Position numbers and translations under genes: made by a program
Assembly (NCBI GenBank): GCA_043228905.1
Contig: JBHGNT010000010.1
Coordinates: 1,364,001 to 1,428,000, forward strand
Direction of reading: 5' to 3'
Length of the DNA stretch: 64,000 bases
DNA from: Azolla caroliniana
Lineage: Eukaryota; Plantae; Polypodiophyta
In this document: one piece after another, positions 24,729 through 37,635 of the stretch
Layout of the letters: every line of letters starts with the position of its first letter
Numbering within the stretch: the first letter of the stretch is position 1
The notes under the pieces: model-generated
Told to the model about the DNA's origin: nothing
The model's database searches: none
The model's input: the letters and a program-made list of their open reading frames with translations, nothing else

Positions 24729-25528
24729 TGATAGGAACTGCACGCTCCCTATACACAACGCTCGGCCACAACCGAGCTTAGAATCATACACAGAAAATGG
24801 GAAATAATGAACGACACGAAGAAGAGACGAGTACGCAGGATGTTTACGTGGAAAACCCAAACTAAGGGAAAAACCACGGCAGCCCACAGGCTGCAAACTA
24901 TCACTATGTTAGAATGTACAACAGTAAGTTCACGGAGGCAACGACCTCGTGCTCACGATCCTCGCCACAGGTGGCGGTTACAATAGAGGCAACGACCTCT
25001 TTCTCTCTCTCTCTCTCTCTATTTACCAACAAGAATGACAACAACTGTATCAAAAAAGGTTTGCCCTAAGTCATATTTATACTAATATGACTTTTCAGCT
25101 ATTTACAAATATAGCCACGATGGACTCTCAGAGACATATTTACAAATATGTCTCTTCATCCGGAGAGCACTCCTCACCGGGTCTTCACCATCCGGCTCTC
25201 CGTAGCCGGGTACTCCTCATCCGGTTCTCACCGGGTCTGCACCATCCGGTCCTCCGTAGCCGGGTACTCCTCATCCGGTTCTCACCGGGTCTGTACCATC
25301 CGGTCCTCCATAGCCGGGTACTCCTCATCCGGTTCTCACCGGGTCTGTACCATCCGGTCCTCCGTAGCCGGGTACTCCTCATCCGGTTCTCACCAGGTCT
25401 GCACCATCCGGCTCTCCGTAGCCGGGTACTCCTCATCCGGTTTCGGCCAAGGCCTATCGGCCTCGGTCGAGTTTGTTCATCGGCACTGTTCTTCTCCCTT
25501 CCCATCCGGAGGGACCTATCTCCCAACA
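24729..25528 (-). mobile_element. Solo LTR (family A) inserted in the copia RNase H region
   Basis: TG...CA ends, TSD CATAG (24724-24728 / 25529-25533). Removal restores TEYIATSEA. Confidence 0.92.
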
Positions 25529-26093
25529 CATAGCAACATCGGAGGCAACTTAGGAAGCGATCTGGTTGCACCGACTGTCTGCGGATTTTTCAGCTACAAG
25601 CCAAATCGAACGACCAACGTCGACTCATAGAGCGCAATACACCTCATCAACAATCTTGTCTATCACACAAAGACAAAACATATTGAGGTGTGGTATCATC
25701 ACATGCGGGAGCTCATAACCAAGAAGAGGCTCGAAGTCCGGAAGATCGACACCGAGGGAACATCGCCGATTGCCTAATGAAACCACTCCCAGATCAATGC
25801 TTCGGAGCACTAAGGACCAGAATGGGACTACAACAAGCGACCGATCAGAAGGTAAGAGTTAACCGAATCAATCATGATAATGAGGCTCAACACAGGGAGA
25901 TAACCCCAAACACTTGTACATGCATGAAAGAGTAGTCCTTTTACGAGGGAGTTTGTTGGCATAAAAGGCCGACTCCTTCCAATTTGTATCCTAGTGTGAA
26001 CTCGTCTAATGAGTTAGGGCTTAGTATATAAGCAATAACCTAACATTGTAAAGAGAGACCTCTTGATCATTCTTGCGCAATGTGTCTCTGAGA

Positions 26094-26129
<36 letters not shown>

Positions 26130-26212
26130 AAGATATATTAACGTCTTCTAACGCAAAACAGAATAAATAGAAGATAGACGCGGTTTAAGCGTTTAATGGA
26201 AGCTTTGTTAAT

Positions 26213-26357
26213 AGAACTTTCTTAGCTTAAGCTATTTTCTTTTATTTTAGTTATGATGACTGGATAAATACTCTTTTGTTGTAAACCAATTGTCTCATGG
26301 GCCAAATTTGGCCTTAGAAGACGTTAATATATCTTTCTTTCTTTCTTTCTTTCTCTC
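26213..26357 (+). mobile_element. Short 5'-truncated LINE 3' end with (TTTC)n tail
   Basis: Homologous to 28960-29130 (catgggcca..ttggccttagaagacgttaat.tatctttctttc). Confidence 0.75.
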
Positions 26358-26359
26358 TT

Positions 26360-29130
26360 TCCTATGTGACACGTCGTAAAAAATGAGCTTGGGAAGCATC
26401 TCAATATTGGGAACTCTACCATATGTTCATGAGTAGGGATTGTGCCCTTGAATGGAAGAGACTATGGGAACCGCGACCCCCATCGAGGATCCCAATATTT
26501 GGCACACATATATCGAGAGACTCTACCATGTCCCGAACCAACCACCCATTACAATGCCTTCCACACCTCGACCTACCATGGGGAAACTTTTCACGACCTC
26601 TAGGGTCACGAAGTTCATAAAAATATTACAACATAGGAAATCCATGGACCACACAAGATTGCGAGCCGAGCACATCATATATGTTGGAGAGTGCCTAACC
26701 CCCTTTCTCACTCTAATCTTCAACCGCGCCCTCGCCGAGGGTTTTCCACCACAATGGACCATGAACAAGGTGGCCCCTATACATAAAGGAGGGAACCCAA
26801 TGGACCCAAATACCTATAGGACCATTATGATTGGTCATACGCTCGATAAACTATATGGTGCAGTAATGGAAGTGGAGCTCAACGATTATATGGAAACATT
26901 AAGTCTCAAGCACCTGAGCAGGCTGGCTTTAGACAAGCCTTCTCCACTATTGACCATATCTTCACACTTAGGTGCTTAATTGACAAGACGAAGGCTCGTA
27001 AGAAGAAACTATATTGTTGCTTTGTGGACTTCCGCAAAACCTTTGACACAGTTCCTAGGGAGAGGTTGTTTGATAGACTTAAGAGCTTGGAGATACCAAA
27101 TGACATTATTTGAGCCATTTATGCCCTATATGAGCAAGTCTCTAGGTGCGTAAGATGCCAAGATGGTCTATCCGATTGTTTCACTAGCACCATTGGTGCA
27201 AAACAGGCTTGCCCCCTATCACCGACTCTTTTTGGGATCTACATTAATGAGATCACTGATTTTATTGCTCGTTAGGGAGGCAATGGAGTAGCTATTGGGG
27301 ATATGCAAGTTAGTCTCGTACTCTACGTAGACGACATTGTCTTGCTCTCGTAGTCGGAACACGACCTACAAAAGTGTCTTAATGCCCTAGATGACTTTTG
27401 TACATAATGAGGACTAGTAGTGAATCTAGCGAAAACTAAAGTCCTTATCTTTCATACATCGTCCACAATTAGGAGTAAATGTCACCTAATCCTCTCTCAT
27501 AAACTAGTTGAGGTAGTTGGATCATATGTATACTTGGGAGTCACTTTTAGTGCTCGCTCAGGTAAATTCTCGATAACCCAGGCAGTCAAAGATAAGCTAA
27601 TAAGAGGGTATGCATCCCTCTCACTCTTAGATAGACAATGCCACCAGGCATACTTTCAAGAACCACAGACTAAGGGATGGCTCTTAGACTCATTAGTGAC
27701 CCTTTCCCTCATGTATGCATTAGTAGTATGGGCTCTAGGTCTACCATCTTTCATGTGTACGCAATTAGAGAGACCTTTGGTGACGATGTTATCACGTCAA
27801 CTCTGATGCAAATCGACAGTACCACATGACATTATTAGAGCAAAGTTTAGTCTGCCCCCGATGTTAGTAGAAGCACTTTTCCAAGTGGTAGTTTTTATTC
27901 ATCGGATACATAGCCAACCACAAGATAGGATATCCTGTCGAGCCTTTGAGGCATCCCGATCCCTACATGCGTCTGGAGACATTAACTCTTGGTATAGAAC
28001 TGTGGTGAGTTGGTTACTTGCAAACGACATAGACATTAATAACCTACCTCCCCTTAAGTACAACCATGGGACTGATCAAACTCTAATCTCTCATGAAGAC
28101 TGTAATAAAGTGATACGCCATGAAAAATTGCAAATTTACACTCGATATAAATGGATCACCCCACGAGACTCCCATCTAAAATGTTGTACTATAAGGAACA
28201 CTTCTTGCACTTCTCTAAGTTAGGTTTTATTACATGACCAAGATATCTACATACATTCTTATCAAATGCACTAAGGGTGGCCATTGGACAACTTAGGATA
28301 TCATCTCACCAACTTGAGATTGAGAATGGTCGGGCTAATAGAGTCCCTCGAGAGGAAATGGTATATACGTTATGCCACATAGAGATAGAGGATGAGTATC
28401 ACTTCACATGCAAGTGCCCAACTTATACTGAGATACGGGCAGAATACCAAGACATATTAGGACCCTCTCCCACCCTCTCCAAACTATTAGATACCCCGGA
28501 TGTAAAGAGACTAGGTAGGTATATCTTAGAGCTAAAACAACATAGGGAGAATAAATTACAAAATGTTAACCATAACCCTTTTACTATTCATCAACATGTA
28601 ACTAGTGTAATTTTTCAGGAACAACGGGAGACGATGCATGTGGATACAGTTACACCACTCGACCTCTCTCTTGAGGAAGCAAAAATGCAAAGAACAACCA
28701 AACGCCCTCAGATGTTGGGCTTCAAAACAAGTCGACACGGAGTAGAAAAGATTAAGAAGATAAGGGAACGTGAGCTACGTCAATTAGAAGCTATGGTTGG
28801 GGTACCTTTTAAATTGGGACCACGGGCCACATGCACATCGAAACCCTTTGAACTCCCGCTTCTCTTTGAGAGACTTGGATGGAAATGAAATTAGGCCTAG
28901 TATAACATCATTTTCATTGTAGAACATGTTTTTTATATAGAACATTTTTGTTATTTTACTAGAACTATTTAGCTTAAAACTCTAGTTTTATAATATTTTT
29001 ATTTTTATTTTTTACTTTTGATTGATGGGTAAGTATCGCATTTTTTCTTGTAAACCATTTGTCCCATGGGCCAGTTTTGGCCTTAGAAGACGTTAATGTA
29101 TCTTTCTTTCTTTCTTTCTTTCTCTCTCTA
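26360..29130 (+). mobile_element. Non-L1 LINE (RTEX-like), 5'-truncated: RT, C-terminal Cys/His motif, 3' UTR with (TTTC)n tail
   Basis: VAPIHKGG..NTYRTI, FVDFRKTFD, KQACPLSPTLF, LYVDD, NLAKTKVL, LRISSHQLEIENGR..LC..EDEYHF..KCP. The clade call is an inference. Confidence 0.85.
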
Positions 29131-32100
29131 TCTCCTTCCTTAAATAGGTAGTCTTTCTATTTAAAGATCCCTTTATTTGCTAACCTAGCTTATATTCTAC
29201 CATATATAAATTATAGGTGTTCAAGTGTGTTCACACTTATTCAACAACCAACACCTATCTCTACAAATAAAATATTGGTATAAACTATCCCTTGTGACAA
29301 CAGATGTTTGAACCTTAGTTAAACTCTGATGATTTGATTGATTCAAAGACCGTAAACCCCAACAATTATAATATTATGTTTGTGCCACCTCTTTAAATGA
29401 GAGGGTGTCTACTTGTTTTAACAAGCCTACTTTGATAGTTATAAAGACTACATATAAGGATGGAGAACTAGTTTACAGTTTTGTCTAAAACCTAGCTTGA
29501 GCAATTATTGTTATAAATGCTTTATTTTGAGACCATACACTAATTGTGCTCTTTTGTAAGAATGATTTGAAATGTTGTTATAAAGCCTATATTTCAGGAT
29601 GAAACAAGCCAGTAAATGCGAACATCACAATATCAAAGCATCACTTGGGATATGTCACATATGAACACGAGGCATGGTTATAACCCCACCTGTGTCTCTC
29701 AACATAATACATGTAAAAACAATCCGAATATTTTTGTTGAGGTGGAATAAAAAAATGTTTTATAGTTGCAAGATTCACAAAATTGAAAAACATAAATGAA
29801 GTTTCTAATGGATCCATTTGTAGTCAAAAATCTTAAGATATAAAGCATTTCAAACTATCCTGTTGATGGTTTTTGTGTGAAGAAGAAATATATTAGAGTA
29901 TTTCCAAACCTAGTTTAAGAGGTCAATGTAAAGCATGTGAGAACTCAAAAGTATCTTCACTATAAGTAGGTTTACATTTTTATCGTTATCATTTGCTTAT
30001 GGGATACAATCCGTACTAAAAGTAATGCATTCTTAGAAATATCTTCATTATGTTATCCCTATCAAGACAATGTTAACCATCTAAACCAACTTAATTAATA
30101 GGAATAAAAATAAATCTAGTCACTCCAAAGAAATATTCTTGTAATGTCAATTGTGTGTTTGTTTATATAAGATAACATGATATATTTGTGAGTAACATAA
30201 AGACACAATTAAGCTTTGAGTGCGATTAGACATGCTAGTATCATTGTCATGCTTATCATGCGACAATGGTCAATTTGCTAACTTGAACTTGGTGCAATGA
30301 ATTGATTCAAGGAATGTTAGCAATTTGAAACTTCGTAACTAATATGCAACCTTAAATATATTATACATCTCGATAAAATATTAAACACATTAACTTTGTA
30401 ATTTGCTTTTTCATATATTACAAGACTTAATGACAATTTCAAATGGTTACATTGTTTACTGATTTTTTATTTAAGTGCCACTATGTAAAAACCCTTAAAT
30501 AGATCCTTTCCTAATGCAAGTTTTCTCTCGAATTAGATGTCCCTAAACAAATCTGAATCCATAAGTTTTGTCTCACAAAGGTCTAGAAAACCTTATACTA
30601 TTGAGTCAGATATGAACAAGTTATGATCTTCGAAATGTGATTGATAAGCAAACTTAGCTTCGATTTTACAAATACAAACTATTTCTAATGTGATAATTGC
30701 AAAAAACAATCTATCTATAAAACAATTCTTTCATACATTTCGTGTTCTTGAAATAATAAGGTAGGAGATAAAAGGTAGGCCATTACATGTTGTTCCTCCA
30801 TCTCTTTTTCTTTGGGAATTGATATAAATATTTTTATTATTTTAAGGTTACTCAATCAAAGCTCCACTTTTCCTATAGTCATCTAAGAATTGGGGATATA
30901 TTTAGGAATCGCCCCAACATGATTTACTCATTGAACCTCAAGCACACTCCACATGATCCTTAATGTTAGAAATATAGGGGCAAAGCCAAACATTGTATAT
31001 AACACATCATATGATTCATAAAAGCTATATGATAAGATGTTATTAAATTGAAAATTGCAAATATTAGAGAGAAATTTCAATGTATAGAAAACGTAAAAGA
31101 AATAGTCCATGGTGAGATATTTAAAAAAACAGTCAAGAGCTTGATGAGAGAGTTGGCAGGTTTACTTGATTAGGTCGCGAAGCCAAAGGTCGAGATCTTA
31201 CATTGTGTGGACAAACCAATGGATGTCCCTTCATATCATCGCTTGGAAAACAGAAAACTTAAAGAGGTTGGTAACTACAAATGAGTTGACTTTATAACAT
31301 GTTTCGGAATACAAGCCATGTATACACTATTATATGGCTTTCTATGACCGCCAAAAACACCCCTTCCTTTTTTCGAAAATAGTCCATAATATGGGACTCC
31401 ATATACCGGCATATGCCTTTTTACGTACATTGGCATATGTCTTTTTATGATTGCTAGAAACAACCAATTCTTTTTCGATACATATTACATGTTTATATAC
31501 CAGAATGTACATTTCTATATTGAATCCTTTCCCACTCATACATCGATATATACCAACAAACTGGTATATACCTTTTTATGATTCTCGAATTAAACCCCTA
31601 TACTTGTAGACATATGCCTTCTTTTACATGAATCCCAAAATCAACCTATTCCTTTTCAGCCCTTACACACCCCCTCTCTCCGTGGGACTTGCAGAAAACA
31701 ACCCATTCTACTATATTTTTTTTTCCCATAAAAAATATCCTCCATTGGTATTAAAATTAAAGGAAACTATATACATATATTGTGTTGCATCTATTCAAAA
31801 CTAATACAACCCCTCCTCAGCATATCCATAGTCTCTATAGCCTCTTTTTCGTGCATTCCATGAGACGATATTTGAAACCATAATTGTGCTAAATGTTTTT
31901 TGCACCGTTTCTCCGTTCAAACTAGACCATTCAAAAAGACTTCTTGCTTGTCTTATGGCAAAGACTTGTTAAGCTTCAAGCATACTTCTCAAAGAACCCA
32001 TTCTACTATATTATGATGTCTCTGTGGGACTTGTGGAAAACAACCCATTCTATAGTAATGCATGTCTAAACCAACACATTTGAGAGTCGAGACACATTGG

Positions 32101-32200
32101 ATTGATGAGTACAACGACGACTACGTCGAGGGCTTCAATTATTATTAGAAAATACATATAATACATTTATATTGAACTTTGGATGTGTATTTGATAATAT

Positions 32201-33799
32201 CTAACGATGTTGATTAACCGGTCTCCTTCCGAAGAGATTTTTGATACCGTTCGATGATGGTCTCTTAACTGCGGTGTCGGAAGTGCGTGCAAGAACATTA
32301 TTCCTCAACATTAACACATTCTTATTGTGATCAACATCATGATCATGATCATGATCATCATTATCATCATCATCATCATCACTATTATATCCAACATGGC
32401 ATGGATCACCATCATGACTAGATTGCACACCTTTCATGCAGGCACCAATATCATGTTCATCACCATCACCATCATCATCATCATCATCATCATCATCATT
32501 GCTATGAAAGACCTTCCGCCGGCTAGTGTTTCGCATGAGGCGTAGGCAATTCGGTAGGGTAGGCACTTGCTGCTTCTCGTCGGTGTCGGACGGATAAGAG
32601 TTTTCTTGGACCGACACATCCCATTCCGATTCAGAGAAATAAGAGTCTCGGCCGATCCGGTGATGACCCGCGGCTTCGTCCACCTTCTCTCGGTCATGAA
32701 CTTCATCGCCGTCTTCTTCTTCTTCTTCGTTGGGACCGGAGACATTGGCATCTTCCTTCACCACTGCCATGGCATCTGAAGCACAGCCCTCATCTTTGAT
32801 GGCCGATCTCCGGTGTCGGCCCGGGTGTGATGACCGAGCACGGCGTCGGAGGAGATCGGCTATGACAAAGTCCTCGACAGCTGGGGCGCAGCCGGAGGCA
32901 GACCGGCCGGTGAAGCTCCTATGGAGCTTGTGGAGCTTGGTGGTGAGGTTAGGGATATGGAGCTTCATGTCCCTGGCCATGTTGCCCAAGAAGGCTTTCC
33001 ACCTGTTGAATATGGCAGGTTGGGGCAGAGGCCTAGGGACCATTACATTGCTACAATTCATTGCCACACTACTAGACCTTGGTGTAGAACCTCTATACCT
33101 CAACCTTGGCTTGCTACTACCACTACTATTGTTGGTACCACTCCCACTAGCATTATAGCATTTCTCGGCCGTCTCCATGTCCACCACGAGCGCATCCCAA
33201 GCTTTACAATGCTTGTTCCTCCGCACCCTCCCCATGCACGTAACCTCGGGGGACGTCGGCTCATCCGAGACGTAACCCGGTGGCTTCTTCTTCCCAACCA
33301 CGTTCGCCGGCATCATCGTAAATACGTTTGTTGTCGGTGGTGACATGGGCCCGCCCCCGCCCCGATGGCGTGGCGTCGGTGCCTTCCAAGACGTGCCGAG
33401 GAATGACTGGAACAACCCATGTGGCCTCCGTATTGCCATCATATTGTGATGATGATGGTCTAGGCTTGTTATCGTGTACATTGAGGAGTTGCTATTGGAT
33501 TTTGTGAAAAGTTGTCCTTTGCATGGTGTGGAGGTCGAGGTATGGAAGAAGCTCACATGAGTTAATGTTGAAGAAGTTGAAGAAGTCGCCGATGAAGGAG
33601 GGGATAGTTGGAAGGAATGAGTGCTATGGTGATCAAGCTTGTCGAAGTTCCCTAGAGAGCTAATGGATTCATGGTACACATCATTTAGAAGTAAGTTCAA
33701 GGTAGTCACATTCTTTTTAGATGAAGTAGATGGGGTGTGGATGGGAGCAAGGGAGTGTCGATGATCATCGCCATAAACTAGCTCTGCCATGGCAATCAA
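32201..33799 (-). CDS. Intact single-exon plant protein of unknown function with an EPTSPxVTCMGxVR motif (At1g76070/HCF243-like family), largely low complexity
   Basis: 532-aa open frame (first ATG at codon 4). Contains SDEPTSPEVTCMGRVR and PNCLRLMR (cf. PNALLLMR) plus Asp/His-rich tracts. No TE motifs. Confidence 0.8.
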   Translation of the reverse strand: MIAMAELVYGDDHRHSLAPIHTPSTSSKKNVTTLNLLLNDVYHESISSLGNFDKLDHHSTHSFQLSPPSSATSSTSSTLTHVSFFHTSTSTPCKGQLFTKSNSNSSMYTITSLDHHHHNMMAIRRPHGLFQSFLGTSWKAPTPRHRGGGGPMSPPTTNVFTMMPANVVGKKKPPGYVSDEPTSPEVTCMGRVRRNKHCKAWDALVVDMETAEKCYNASGSGTNNSSGSSKPRLRYRGSTPRSSSVAMNCSNVMVPRPLPQPAIFNRWKAFLGNMARDMKLHIPNLTTKLHKLHRSFTGRSASGCAPAVEDFVIADLLRRRARSSHPGRHRRSAIKDEGCASDAMAVVKEDANVSGPNEEEEEDGDEVHDREKVDEAAGHHRIGRDSYFSESEWDVSVQENSYPSDTDEKQQVPTLPNCLRLMRNTSRRKVFHSNDDDDDDDDDGDGDEHDIGACMKGVQSSHDGDPCHVGYNSDDDDDDNDDHDHDHDVDHNKNVLMLRNNVLARTSDTAVKRPSSNGIKNLFGRRPVNQHR

Positions 33800-36700
33800 A
33801 TTTATCAGAATAGTTCAAATTTTGTGTACAATGAGTGAGAGAGAGGAGAGGAGAGGAGAGAGATTGATTGAATGGTAAATCACACATATATATGACCCTT
33901 CACATCCTAAGGTTGATCACAAATAAACATGACACGAGGTGTCTAAAGCACACTGTGGCAATGTTACTCCCAAGTCCTCACCCAAAAGATTGAAAGGATA
34001 CATATGCATGTGTGTGTGTGTGTGTGTGTGTATAATATATTCACATATATTAATTCCTCGTTCCTTTTTGTCTTGCCATCCGTCGTGAACATCATCGATT
34101 CATAGTGAATAGTACATGAGAACTTTCAGAGTTTAAACCCAACACGGAAATGGATTCGATTGACGTCAAACTTGAGCAACTTCTCGGATCACAATCATGA
34201 TCAAAGAACAAATTCTATACCTAATGCCATTGGTTTCTCTATAATTTACATGACCATAGTTCCATGGGGCGGGCATTCATCTCCCCACATTTGGGTTAGA
34301 GAGCAAAGGCCGCATAAACCACTAGGTGTATCCCTCACTCTTAATTGCCACGAATGGCAAGCAAACCATTACTAAAGAATCTATCTATATTACGTGTAAA
34401 GCACAAAGTGATGCATTACCCCACATTCACAAAAGTACTACTCATGAATTAACGTTTAGAAATCAATTTAGAGAAATTTTGTTAGGAAGCTACAAAACAA
34501 TGCCAAAAACTATAAATATTTTATTATGTGACCTTCATAAAGATTGATTGATTAGAATAAGAGGGCGGTGACACTATTACGACGTGAAAGAGGTATTCCT
34601 TCCTAGTTTTAAGGCTTTACGATTTACTTTTTCAATCTACAATTTTGAAAACAACGGATTGCCCCTTATGCTAAGGCATAACTCAGAAGTTAATCACACT
34701 AACTTACGAACCATAGAAAATAATAGCATGTCTCATAGTCAACGTCCAATACTCCCTCCCAAGTTAGGCTTTTTATGCTGGCAATAGTGCCAATCTTGAT
34801 CACTAGGTACGGATTTGATTTGAACCAGTTCACATGTTTTGGTTTTAGGATATTCAAAACCACAAAGAAAGTAGCATTTTGTTCATTCAATATGAGCATC
34901 AACAATGTTTTCTACACTATTGACTTATTTCAAGACGTATATTTACTTTTTGTATGACGTGAAACTTGGCTTAGGTAAATGCAAAAACATTAGCTCCAAG
35001 TAAAAGAGAGGATGTCCACTAGTTTCACTATTCTTGCATCGTGGCCGTGATACAAACACTGATCAATATTGACTTGTTTGATAGTAATTCCTCCCTTTTC
35101 TACTCTTTATCACATTAATTATCAAATCATCAATACAATCATGAATAAGGAGTTCTCTAGGAATTTGGCCCTGATATAGGCATTTGTTTAGAATTATTGG
35201 TGCCATGATGGCACACAACTATAAGTTCTTCTTTTTTGTGCTCAAGCTAGGCAATTTCTTTAGATTGTGTTTGACTAGAATAGACAACCCTTGATCAATT
35301 TGTTCATCTTCATTGTGAAAGTGCTATCATCATGTTCAAGTGTATCGCGAGAGCTACATAGATTTGGACTCTATTTTGTACAACGTGACCATTTGGGAAA
35401 AGACCTCATTCAACATCTGATTTACTACTAATACAAAATGTTTGTGCTTCTCATTATATATTGTGCATAAATTGACGTCAATAGAAGTACAAAACAATAC
35501 TCATCACAAAATGTATTGTACCATTTGATTGTGTTTTCTTGTTTCTAGATATCTAATTCAACCCTCCAATGAAGAACTCAATCACCGTACAATCCAAACC
35601 AATGTAATTATGATACCTTTTTTACAACCTGTTGATTTATATTTATAATAGTAACCATAATGTTTTAATAAAGTTACTAATAAGTGGACCTATTTATTCC
35701 ATAGTTTACCGTAACTCTCATTGCTATAATGCATACACTTAAATCATGGATACATTGCGACAATCCTTAAATTAATGTAGATTTGGTTTTCATCCTTGTG
35801 TGCTTGGGCATGTTTTTCAATTCAATACACTTTCATAAATACAATAACTTGTAGTTATCTTTAATCTCTCAACCGTAAAGTTTATAACCTTAATGCAATC
35901 TTAATCTTGTACTCAATGAGTTGCATCAAATAAGAAAGCAACTTAATAGAATTTATACTTCAATTCCGAAGATTCAAGCATGTGCCCTAGATACTAGGAT
36001 TGTATACAAGCACGTGGAATAACATGTACAACATATATGCATATATAAATATGTATAGTATCAAACAAACAATGTAGGATTCAACTTTATGTCATTGACT
36101 AGACCTAAGATAGCTTATGTATAGTTATTCACATTCCATAGTTTAAGTGATTGACTAGACCTAAGGTAGCTCATGTATAATTCACACCATTAGTTTATTT
36201 ACATACCAATATCATGGCTCAAGGACCACGATTCAACTTTGTTTGAGGATACTCCTTTTCATAGTTGTGCAATACCCATGTGCACTTGTCTTGTTGGGAG
36301 TTAAAGTTCTGTGTCACTATTTACGTTTGGTGAGGAAGTTATATGCTAAATTAACTTACTTTTTATGTTTGACATGCTTCAATTTAGAGTTAAATAATAG
36401 CGCTAATATAGTTATGCAAACATATGCATGAAGATTCAAGGATTGTTGAGTTATAACCACCCATGCATTGAGATAGATAGAAAAGTTTGTGCTCATGAAC
36501 ACTACTAGACAATTGTCGTTACTTGCACATGTAAGACATTTAAATGCTTAATATTGATTACAAATGCATTCATATTCTAAAATTTTAGGATTTCTTAATT
36601 TCCATGTAAGACAATTTCTTTGGGATTTCCGTTACATTGTCATGTCAAAAGATAATATTTGTGTCTTATGAATACAAGCTACTAAGTTTTGAAGAGTTCA

Positions 36701-37635
36701 TTGGAATGGAATGTGGTGCAAATATAAAATTATGTTGTATAGAGTTGAAAGACCATCTATGATATGCCTTTTAGGGCTTTTAAATGTAGTTGAATCATTT
36801 TCTTCCATAAAATTTTACTTGGCAGGTTTACTCAAAGCACATGCAAAATTGGTAGAGTTTCCCATTGTATTTACACCAAAAGTTGGAAGTGATGATTAAA
36901 ATATATAATCTCGAAATCAAATGGCATTAAGAAAAGGACAACTTAAATGTATTGTAAAGACCAACAAAATACAATTATATTCATCAATGTGTCAATCTTC
37001 CTTATATGCGGCATAAGTTGGTTTTGATCAAATACCTCTTATGGAACATCACATATTTCATGCAATTAAATACATTTGTGATATAGTAAGTAATCCATCC
37101 ATAAATATGAATTCGTGTGACACAATTGGTTTTGTGATTAGAAATAAATGTGGTGTATGATATAGTAGGTAATCCATGAACATATATTAATTCGATGACA
37201 CATTGGTTTTGTGATTAGAAATAAATGTGGTGTATAAATGCACTATTCTAGCGTAGGTAGACAAATTGTGAATATTCATACAACTATAATGGCACAAATA
37301 ATATGAACTTATGTGTTTATCATTACGTCTTCTTTCATTGTTCCTCTTGCATGTGTTTGTCTTGTTTCCTTGTTTTTATCTCTTAGGTACAATGAGTAGA
37401 GAAAAGCATATAGCTTTAAATCTAAATCAACAATGTAAGAAGAACATGTAAATGTCAAGGTGGGGACCACTGGAGTTGGGTTGTCAAAGTTGTTGTACAG
37501 ATAACATTTGAATGAGCTTGTGTGACTCTTGTTCAATAGAATATATATGACTACATGAAGTTCATGTTATAAACGAAGTTGAGCAAGTTGGATTTACATG
37601 GTAATGTACCTTATGATCAAAGCCCAATTACGAAT

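Larger units (their letters stand above)
20420..26126 (+). mobile_element. Ty1/copia LTR retrotransposon, decayed; 3' LTR truncated by LINE insertions
   Basis: 5' LTR 20420-20712, PBS TGGTATCAGAGC, gag (KFDGKN, UBN2-like), protease WLLDSGATFH, integrase (HTDICGP, QNGVAER), RT (YVDD), RNase H, purine tract, 3' LTR from 25954. Confidence 0.92.

Noticed and set aside
29300-31270. Possible very old transposase-like fragments (also 36700-36960, faintly hAT-like)
   Set aside because: Motifs too degenerate to support a call without a profile search.
32327-33343. Overlapping antisense and alternate-frame ORFs (poly-Ile, poly-Met)
   Set aside because: Shadow frames of the 532-aa gene and its trinucleotide repeats.
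36094-37240. Short direct repeats (30 bp at 36094/36150; about 78 bp at 37080/37159)
   Set aside because: Two-copy local duplications with no further structure.
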